DNA of 64,000 nucleotides from Bacillota bacterium. Its GTDB lineage: Bacteria; Bacillota; Negativicutes; JBAXTZ01. Positions 57,248 to 64,000 of the stretch are shown one piece after another. The stretch lies in assembly GCA_037129925.1 (NCBI GenBank), contig JBAXTZ010000004.1, forward strand, positions 21,444-85,443. The letters are read 5' to 3'. The translations under genes were made by a program, and so were the position numbers. The notes below the pieces were generated by a model that worked only from the letters and a program-made list of their open reading frames with translations, was not told where the DNA came from and ran no database searches. Positions within the stretch are counted from its first letter, which is position 1, and every line of letters begins with the position of its first letter.

Positions 57248-58159
57248 ATGCGAAAGAAGATATTTCTGGTCACCGGTTTTCTCGGTAGCGGCAAAACTAC
57301 TTTCTTGCAAAATCTGTTAGCGCAAATCGCCCCCCGCCACAAAATCGGTGTCATCGTAAATGAATTTGGGCGCACCGGCATCGACGGCTCGCTAATTGCC
57401 AGAAACGGTTTGGAATTGCATGAACTGTCTGGTGGTTCAATTTTTTGCGCTTGTTTAAAGGGAAATTTCATCGCGGCGCTAGATGTTTTTTTGGATTTGC
57501 CAATTGAATACTTGTTTATTGAGAGCAGCGGATTGGCGAACCCCGCCGGTTTTCATAACATTTCCAGTTTTATTGACAAGCCTGATTGCATTCAATCAAT
57601 TGCGACGCTCTGCGTTGTAGACGGCAAATATTTTCTTGACCAACTGGATATGTTTAATTCAGTGGAAACGCAAATACGCGCTGCCGACTTAGTGTTGGTT
57701 AACAAAATTGATTTGACGAGCCGCGAACTGTTGACAGAAATCGACAGCGCCATCAGCAACCTTAACGCTGCTGCTAAAATCATCCGTACTGCTTTCGGTT
57801 CGCTTGAGTTGACCGAACTCGAATTGGTCGGTTGCCAGCAAGCTGTATTACTAATTAACAACCGTACGGATTTTCGCCCATTTACGCATACATTAATTAC
57901 TGATACCGCGCTTTCGTTTGAGCAGTTGCGTAATTTTCTCGTGGCAATAACGCCGTTGGCGTTGAGAGTTAAAGGCTTCTTACTCACTGATTCCGGTCTG
58001 GTAAAAATTGATGTGGTCGGAAAAACCATTAACATCGTCTCGCACCCGGCTCCGGTTACTGCAAAGTTGGAAATCATCGCCAATCAAGCGCTGCCGGTCA
58101 ACCGCGAGCTAATAACGGCATGGCAGAAACATTGTCCCGGCGAAATCAGTCTCGTCTAG
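57248..58159 (+). CDS. CobW/COG0523 family G3E GTPase (putative metallochaperone)
   Basis: P-loop GFLGSGKTT, CxCC-like region and a C-terminal CobW_C domain. Confidence 0.85.
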   Translation: MRKKIFLVTGFLGSGKTTFLQNLLAQIAPRHKIGVIVNEFGRTGIDGSLIARNGLELHELSGGSIFCACLKGNFIAALDVFLDLPIEYLFIESSGLANPAGFHNISSFIDKPDCIQSIATLCVVDGKYFLDQLDMFNSVETQIRAADLVLVNKIDLTSRELLTEIDSAISNLNAAAKIIRTAFGSLELTELELVGCQQAVLLINNRTDFRPFTHTLITDTALSFEQLRNFLVAITPLALRVKGFLLTDSGLVKIDVVGKTINIVSHPAPVTAKLEIIANQALPVNRELITAWQKHCPGEISLV

Positions 58160-58184
58160 CGCGGCGTAACAATCAACCATCCTT

Positions 58185-59555
58185 ATGATAAATAAACTGG
58201 AGGCTCTCATGACTGGCACCCAAAAACGTTTTCTCTGGATGATCATTTTCACTTCAGCCATCGCCGGCGTACTGTACGGCTACGATCTCGGCATCATTTC
58301 CGCCGCATTTCTCGTCTTGCCCAAGCACATACCGATGAACGAAACCATGATGGGCTTTCTTGGTTCGGCGGTGCTGTTTGGCGGCGCGTTCACTATTCTG
58401 ATTGCTGGGCCACTAGCCGATGTTGTTGGTCGCAAGAAAATGATCGTAGCCGCCAACATCATTTTTCTTGGTGGCGTGGTGTTGCTGGGCTTTGCCCAAG
58501 ACTACTCCCACATCATCGTCGGGCGCTTGGTTCAGGGCGTAGGTGTTGGAATCATCACTATCGTAGTTCCTCTATATCTTGCCGAAGTTCTGCCTAGCAA
58601 TTATCGTGGTCGGGGCATCTTGGCGTTTCAATTGCTGTTAGGCTGCGGCATATTTTTCGCCAATCTTATCGGTTTATATTTTACGCCATCAGAAGATTGG
58701 CGGAGCATGTTCCTCTCCAGCGGCATACCCAGTCTGCTACTGCTGTTGCTATGTTTCGGGCTGCCGGAATCACCGCGCTGGCTGGTGGCAAAAGGCAAAA
58801 AAGTGCGTGCTTTGAACATTCTTCGAAAAATCAACCCGCCGAAGCTTGCGCAAGCCGAAGTTCTCGATATTGAATCCAACCTGGAACTGACCAAAGGTGA
58901 GAGCAATTGGCGGGCGCTTTTCGATAAGCGCTATGCTTGGGCGTTGTTTTTGGTTTTTTCGAACGCCATTCTTATTCAATTGACCGGCATCAATTCGATA
59001 CTCCAATATAGTGGCATTATCTTAAAAGAAGCCGGTTTGGCTTCTAACGAGGCGGCGATGCTGGGTAGCACCGTTTTGACCAGTGTTATTATCGTTGTGC
59101 CGTTGTTGGTTATGTTTATTATTGATAGCTTTGGCAGGAAGAAAATCCTTTGTATCGGTACCGCCGGTGTATTTGTCACACTTGCCGCCGCGGCAACTGT
59201 ATTCTTAACCATGGCGCCTTCGCAAAATCGCGGCATCGCGATGATTGTCTGCCTAACAGCCTTTTTGATCGCCTACAGTTTTGGACCAAGCGGCGTTATT
59301 TGGTTAATGCTTTCGGAGTTGCTCCCCAACAAGATTCGCAGCGTTGGCATGAGCGCGGCATTGTTTGCCAACTCGATGATTTCATCGATTTTTGCCATCG
59401 TGTTTTTGCAACTATCGACTTTTATCGCCTATTCCGGCGTATTCTATATGTGTTCAATCTTCGGACTTATATACTTCTACATTGCTTACAGATATGTCCC
59501 GGAAACCAAAGGAAAATCTCTTGAACAAATTGAACGCGAGTTAGTTGGTCGTTAG
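58185..59555 (+). CDS. MFS sugar-porter-family transporter
   Basis: 12 TM helices. Sugar-porter signatures (GRKK, PESPRW, PETKG). Confidence 0.8.
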   Translation: MINKLEALMTGTQKRFLWMIIFTSAIAGVLYGYDLGIISAAFLVLPKHIPMNETMMGFLGSAVLFGGAFTILIAGPLADVVGRKKMIVAANIIFLGGVVLLGFAQDYSHIIVGRLVQGVGVGIITIVVPLYLAEVLPSNYRGRGILAFQLLLGCGIFFANLIGLYFTPSEDWRSMFLSSGIPSLLLLLLCFGLPESPRWLVAKGKKVRALNILRKINPPKLAQAEVLDIESNLELTKGESNWRALFDKRYAWALFLVFSNAILIQLTGINSILQYSGIILKEAGLASNEAAMLGSTVLTSVIIVVPLLVMFIIDSFGRKKILCIGTAGVFVTLAAAATVFLTMAPSQNRGIAMIVCLTAFLIAYSFGPSGVIWLMLSELLPNKIRSVGMSAALFANSMISSIFAIVFLQLSTFIAYSGVFYMCSIFGLIYFYIAYRYVPETKGKSLEQIERELVGR

Positions 59556-59647
59556 CGGCCGGCGGCTAGCGGCTGGATCTGGGGAGTTCTACCAGCAACT
59601 GACAGCCAGCGGCCAACAACAGCAAACTAAAACGAGGAGAGAAAAAA

Positions 59648-60640
59648 ATGACACCACGAGAACGCTATGAAGCGATGTTAACCGGACAATCCTGTGACAT
59701 AGTGCCACGCACACCGATATTGATGCGATTGGCAGCCGAACAAATCAATGCAGAATACATCGAATTTACACGCAACTACAAAGTAATGGTCGAGGCGCAG
59801 ATTTTTTGCGCTGAAAAATTTGGCATCGACCAGCTCAGTGTCATCTCCGGTAGCTACGGCGAAACACAGGGCTATGGTGGCGAGATCGGTTACCGTCCAC
59901 TGGGACCGTATGTTAGCCGACTGCCACTTGGCGCGACAACTGATCTCGGTACCCTGCGCAATCCCGACCCGTTTACGACGCCGCTACTGATTGACCGGTT
60001 AAACGCTATCCGCGAATATCGCCGTTTGACCGGCGAAAAATATTCCGTTTGCGGCTGGATTGAAGGACCGGCGGCGCAATCGGCCGACATGCGCGGCATT
60101 GAGCAGTTTTTAATGGATTTGATTGAGGAGCCGGAGTTTTGCGCGGACTGCATGGATCTGGTAACCGACAAAGCGATTATTTTCGCCAAGGCTCAACACG
60201 AAGCCGGCGCTGACACCATTGGTGTGGGCGATGCCATTGCCAGTCAAGTATCTTTGCGGACATACAAAAAGCTCATATTCCCCCGCGAAAAACGATTGTT
60301 TGACGCAATAAAAGCGCTGGGTTGCTATACCAAGTTGCACATTTGCGGCAATATTACTCATCTATTGCCGGCAATAGCCGAGCTGGATGTTGATATTATT
60401 GATGTTGACCACATGGTTGACATCAATAAAGTTCGTGATATTTTAGGCTCGCGGGTGGCAATAACCGGCAATATTGATCCGGTGTTGGTCATGACCGCTA
60501 ATCCAGAATACATCGCCAAAACCATGCGCGACACTTATGCCGCTATAGCCGCGCCGTTCTTGCTAAACGCCGGTTGCGAAATACCGCCGGGAACACCAGA
60601 TGTGAATTTACTGGCGCTTTGTCAACGAATTGATGCTTGA
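59648..60640 (+). CDS. Uroporphyrinogen-decarboxylase-family methyltransferase (MtaA/CmuA-like, zinc-dependent)
   Basis: 330 aa URO-D fold. Putative Zn ligands H-I-C (HICG) and a downstream Cys (GCEIPPGTP), as in MtaA. Confidence 0.8.
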   Translation: MTPRERYEAMLTGQSCDIVPRTPILMRLAAEQINAEYIEFTRNYKVMVEAQIFCAEKFGIDQLSVISGSYGETQGYGGEIGYRPLGPYVSRLPLGATTDLGTLRNPDPFTTPLLIDRLNAIREYRRLTGEKYSVCGWIEGPAAQSADMRGIEQFLMDLIEEPEFCADCMDLVTDKAIIFAKAQHEAGADTIGVGDAIASQVSLRTYKKLIFPREKRLFDAIKALGCYTKLHICGNITHLLPAIAELDVDIIDVDHMVDINKVRDILGSRVAITGNIDPVLVMTANPEYIAKTMRDTYAAIAAPFLLNAGCEIPPGTPDVNLLALCQRIDA

Positions 60641-60662
60641 GTTAGTTTTTAGGGAGATTGGC

Positions 60663-61340
60663 ATGAAAACATTACTGACGCTATGCCTCGCCTTGGTATT
60701 AATGTCGGCACCAGCCGTTGCCGCGCCGTTAAATGATTTTCACAATAACAGCTTTCAAATTGACTTCGGCTTTAGCCCGACAGTTGCTCAGACAGCAACG
60801 AGCACGTCCGGCGCCGTAACCCTGCCCAACGTTTCCGAATATAGCGGTAATTTGACTTATGCTGTTGCGGATTTCATTGCGCTCCGCCTAGGCGCGACAG
60901 CGCTTACCAATTCCATGGTACAATGGAACAACACTGATACAGGAGTTCTCGGCTTAACGCAAGCCAACCTGCAAGTCGTTGTCAATCCCAGCGAATATTG
61001 TCAACCATTTTTCGGGGTACAATATGCGGTGTATAACTTGCCGGATCAAACTGGCGGAAATTGGAAAAATTTAGATTATAAGCAAGCCGGAATTTGCGGC
61101 GGTGTCCAATTAACCTTGCCGCTTGCCGACTTGTTTTTGTTAAATGCCAGCGGCATGTATGGTACCTATTACAACTCTGCTTATGCCGGGGTCGCTTTAC
61201 GCTTGTTCGGACAACTCGACGTTGATGCCGGTTATGCTTATGAATACTACAACACCGCACAGCTAAACAATCTGCCGGTTGGCGCGCCCAACTCGATAAC
61301 TGCTCAAGGAATGCGGTTGGGAGTTAGTCTCAGACTATAA
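60663..61340 (+). CDS. Secreted beta-rich protein, possible outer-membrane beta-barrel
   Basis: ATG at 60663 after AGGGAGA. Signal peptide MKTLLTLCLALVLMSAPAVAAP. Alternating hydrophobic pattern. Confidence 0.5.
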   Translation: MKTLLTLCLALVLMSAPAVAAPLNDFHNNSFQIDFGFSPTVAQTATSTSGAVTLPNVSEYSGNLTYAVADFIALRLGATALTNSMVQWNNTDTGVLGLTQANLQVVVNPSEYCQPFFGVQYAVYNLPDQTGGNWKNLDYKQAGICGGVQLTLPLADLFLLNASGMYGTYYNSAYAGVALRLFGQLDVDAGYAYEYYNTAQLNNLPVGAPNSITAQGMRLGVSLRL

Positions 61341-61350
61341 AACTTTTTTT

Positions 61351-61378
61351 AGCGCTCCACTTTGGAGCGCTTTTTTGT
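61351..61378 (+). terminator. Intrinsic terminator
   Basis: Stem agcgctcca / tggagcgct with loop ctt and TTTTTT after. Confidence 0.7.
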
Positions 61379-61450
61379 TTAGTATTTGTTGAGAAAAATA
61401 TGCTATAATAATTTTAACGTTCACCAATTAGAAAGAAATTTGGAGGAGAA

Positions 61451-62344
61451 ATGAAAAAAAGTTTGGCGCTTCTGCTCACCATTCTGCTGGTAATCTTGAC
61501 AAGTTCATTATGCTCGGCGGAAATGGCGGTTCAATCCAACGGTCTGCAGGGTAATTCCGTTCAAGCTGACGGTTACGGCACGGCAAAAGCCACTGCCAAC
61601 CCGGCACAGGCAACAATAATGGCTCGCCGTGCGGCAATTGTTGATGCTTATCGTAATCTTTTGGAAAATATTCAAGGCGTGCAAATCGACGCCACCACTA
61701 CCGTTCAAGATGCCATGACTACCAGCGATACTATCTACACCAAAGTAACCGGTTTTTTGAAAGGTGCTAAAGTAGTTCAAGAAAGTTGGACTCCGGAAGG
61801 CGCTTATCACGTGGTTGTTTCAGTTGCGCTCTACGGTCAAACCAGTTTGGCGGCAATCATGGAACCAACAATTCGCGCTAACGCGCCGGCTGTTGGCAGC
61901 TATGCGCCGATCAGCCCCGGCATAACCGTTCCACCGGCAATCACCCCTGTTCCGACAACGCCGCTACCGGTAACGCCGATTCCAATAACGCCAGCGCCGG
62001 TAGTAGGTCAACGGTCAGCGACCGGACTGATTCTTGACTGCCGCAACACTTCACTCGAACGGACAATGGCGCCGGTTATTTACGATGAGGACGGTCGGGT
62101 AATCTACTCCAGCACGATTATTTCCTATGATGTTTTGATAAATAAAGGTTTGTGTGACTACGTGGTCCAGAGTTCGACTGATTACTCACGTGCCGGCAAC
62201 GCTCCGCTCACGATCACACCAATGGCGTTGCGGGACTTCAACCGCAATTTTGTGGTCAGCCGCGCCGATGGTGCCAGAATCTTGGCTGCTAATGACCAAA
62301 GCAATATGTTAGCGCAGGCCGCCGTAGTAGTTTTGATTAACTAA
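61451..62344 (+). CDS. Lipoprotein with LPP20-like N-terminal domain and Pro/Thr-rich linker
   Basis: GGAGGAG RBS. Signal peptide with lipobox-like LTSSLCSA. Linker ITVPPAITPVPTTPLPVTPIPITPAPVV. Confidence 0.5.
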   Translation: MKKSLALLLTILLVILTSSLCSAEMAVQSNGLQGNSVQADGYGTAKATANPAQATIMARRAAIVDAYRNLLENIQGVQIDATTTVQDAMTTSDTIYTKVTGFLKGAKVVQESWTPEGAYHVVVSVALYGQTSLAAIMEPTIRANAPAVGSYAPISPGITVPPAITPVPTTPLPVTPIPITPAPVVGQRSATGLILDCRNTSLERTMAPVIYDEDGRVIYSSTIISYDVLINKGLCDYVVQSSTDYSRAGNAPLTITPMALRDFNRNFVVSRADGARILAANDQSNMLAQAAVVVLIN

Positions 62345-62355
62345 TTTACCGTTTT

Positions 62356-62401
62356 TTACAAAAAAAGACGTTCTCGATAATTTCGAGAACGTCTTTTTTT
62401 G
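62356..62401. terminator. Bidirectional intrinsic terminator
   Basis: 12-bp perfect stem agacgttctcga / tcgagaacgtct flanked by an A7 run and a T7 run. Confidence 0.75.
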
Positions 62402-62539
62402 TAAAAAACATTTAAAAATTTTTGTAAATGCAGGATATTACAGCAATCGTAGCGAATATAGTAAATTTGAAGAAGATTTGTAAAGAAAAAGCTTTTCTCG
62501 ATCATAAAGATAAATATATTTCGAAGGGGATTGTCTATT

Positions 62540-63475
62540 TTGAAAAACACAACTGTTTTTGATCTGTACCAACTGTTCCACCAGAACAACACTCCGCGCA
62601 AATATCCGCAACGATTGCATTTTCGCGGTGTAGACGGCTACGATGTTTACAATTCGTCCGCACCGTTTCATTCTCAGGGAAAAGAACTTATCGCCGGCCG
62701 GGTTGAGAAACGCGACAGTGAACACTCCCGGGTAATGTTTTTTGAAAAAGTCAATCACGAGTTTATTTTACTGGCCGACGCTCCAGTATTTACATTACAG
62801 GATCCTTGCATTACCCATATTGGCGGCGAGTTGGTTTTGAGCGGGGTTGAGATTTTCCCGCATCCGGACAATCCAGCAGCGCTCTGGTGGCGCACCGCTT
62901 TTTATCGCGGCAAAGATGTATATTCACTGAAGCGGTTTACTGCCGGTCCAAACGGCATGAAAGATATCCGGTTGTGCGAACTTAAAGACGGAAAAATTGC
63001 CGTATTCACCCGCCCGCGTCACCCGATGGGCGAGATGGGTTCGGATGGTGGTCGCGGCGTTATCGGCTATGTTGAAATCGCCAATCTTAGCGAACTTATC
63101 CCGGAAAATCTAAATAAAGCCGAGCATCTGGATCAAATACAGGAACACAGCTGGCTGGGCGCAAATGAAGTATTTTGCCTGAGCGAAAATTTACTGGGAG
63201 TTCTTTGCCACGTGGCGATGTTTGATTTCAACAGCAGCCGTCACTATTTTGCGGCAGTATTTACCTTTGACCGAACGACACGTCAGCCCGGCAAGTTAGA
63301 AATAATCGCCGAGCGAAACGACTATTTACCGGGACCGGCAAAAATTCCCGACCTACACGACGTTATTTTTCCGGCATGTTTGCGATTTAATGAAGACCGC
63401 GCCTGGTTGATTTGCGGCGTGAGCGATTGCGAAATGCAGTCGTTGGAAATTGTTAATCCCTTTAAAAATTTATAG
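62540..63475 (+). CDS. DUF1861-like beta-propeller protein (GH130-like fold)
   Basis: About 310 aa. TTG start at 62540 with AAGGGGA 9 nt upstream (alternative TTG at 62531). Immediately upstream of a sugar ABC permease. Confidence 0.55.
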   Translation: MKNTTVFDLYQLFHQNNTPRKYPQRLHFRGVDGYDVYNSSAPFHSQGKELIAGRVEKRDSEHSRVMFFEKVNHEFILLADAPVFTLQDPCITHIGGELVLSGVEIFPHPDNPAALWWRTAFYRGKDVYSLKRFTAGPNGMKDIRLCELKDGKIAVFTRPRHPMGEMGSDGGRGVIGYVEIANLSELIPENLNKAEHLDQIQEHSWLGANEVFCLSENLLGVLCHVAMFDFNSSRHYFAAVFTFDRTTRQPGKLEIIAERNDYLPGPAKIPDLHDVIFPACLRFNEDRAWLICGVSDCEMQSLEIVNPFKNL

Positions 63476-63500
63476 TTCCAAACTTTAAGGCGAGGTGAAT

Positions 63501-64000
63501 ATGATCCAAGGATTTTTATCTGATTATTTACCGACTACGCTGCGCTGGGCACTCGTCGGTATAGTACTGGTTGCGTTGATGGCAGCGACTTACTGGGTAT
63601 TGCGTCGTTTCAAAGTCAAACACGGATCAGCAGTCGGTTTCGTATTTGTATTACCGATGACGCTGGGATTACTGATATTTACGCTATTTCCCTTTCTCTT
63701 TTCCTTTTATTTGAGCTTCACGGAATTCAATATGTTTCAAGCGCCAACATGGGTTGGTTTGGCCAACTACACGCAAATGTTTACCAATGATACCTATTTT
63801 TGGCCATCCTGCAGTCTGACGCTAAAATACGCTTTATATAGTGTGCCGCTGAGTCTTATCGCCTCGGTTGCCGTGGCGTTATTGCTGAATCGGCCGATAA
63901 AAGTAGTCGGTTTTTGGCGGACACTGTACTATGTTCCAGCAGTTTTGCCGGCGGCAGCGACAATGTTGCTTTGGCGCTGGATGTTCGCGCCTAATTCCGG
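63501..64000 (+). CDS. Carbohydrate ABC transporter permease (MalF/UgpA-like), 5' portion, continues beyond window
   Basis: ATG at 63501 after GAGGTGAA. TM helices and the start of the EAA-loop-containing permease fold. The ORF runs off the right edge. Confidence 0.8.
   Translation, partial: MIQGFLSDYLPTTLRWALVGIVLVALMAATYWVLRRFKVKHGSAVGFVFVLPMTLGLLIFTLFPFLFSFYLSFTEFNMFQAPTWVGLANYTQMFTNDTYFWPSCSLTLKYALYSVPLSLIASVAVALLLNRPIKVVGFWRTLYYVPAVLPAAATMLLWRWMFAPNS

Overview
This 64 kb window looks like chromosomal DNA from a diderm Firmicute, probably a Negativicutes-type acetogen or fermenter. The evidence is outer-membrane beta-barrel genes, a corrinoid methyltransferase cluster, and Firmicute-style operon organisation. 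The taxonomic call is inference.

Gene content, left to right:
- 1-2.1 kb: the 3' end of a PTS cellobiose-family EIIC gene, a DUF805 membrane protein and gpsA.
- 2.3-9.8 kb: a putative glycan-processing cluster (secreted protein, DUF4434, an orphan solute-binding protein, DUF4127), interrupted by a decaying metallophosphoesterase locus with one intact gene, one frameshifted copy and one C-terminal remnant.
- 9.9-15 kb: a Rieske protein, a flavin reductase, a YhhQ queuosine-precursor transporter and a POT peptide transporter.
- 15.1-23.2 kb: a minus-strand aromatic amino-acid operon (aroF, tyrA, aroA, NUDIX, pheA, aroC, aroB, chorismate mutase-shikimate kinase fusion) carrying two homologous structured intergenic elements and a 21-bp tandem duplication at the tyrA start.
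- 23.2-26.2 kb: ClC channel and NhaP antiporter.
- 26.2-33.4 kb: a type I restriction-modification island (hsdM, an inserted DUF1016/YhcG nuclease, hsdS with three 12-bp TAEL repeats, hsdR).
- 33.4-36.5 kb: a treC/treB-like phosphotrehalase and PTS pair.
- 36.5-43.8 kb: the most interesting locus. A promoter carries five phased TGTCAGG direct repeats abutting a TATAAT box. It drives a 283-aa all-helical protein with no signal peptide, two hydrophobic helices and a cationic Trp-rich C-terminal tail. An attenuator-like hairpin follows. Next come two HlyB-type ABC exporters (both with inactive C39-like domains) flanking an HlyD adaptor. A Met-rich SHOCT-domain membrane protein and a terminator end the locus. 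I interpret this as an uncharacterised type I secretion toxin or bacteriocin-like module.
- 43.8-64 kb: a GNAT / N-succinyl-amino-acid-racemase-like / M20 peptidase trio, an LtaS-family protein, an adenosine deaminase, SatP, a cell-wall amidase, two outer-membrane-protein-like genes, an O-methyltransferase, a corrinoid protein / COG0523 GTPase / MFS / zinc UroD-family methyltransferase cluster, DUF1861 and the start of a sugar ABC permease.

Two small hairpins at 31.7 and 48.4 kb share flanks and loop and show compensatory stem changes, which suggests a REP-like repeat family.

I found no rRNA, tRNA or CRISPR arrays.
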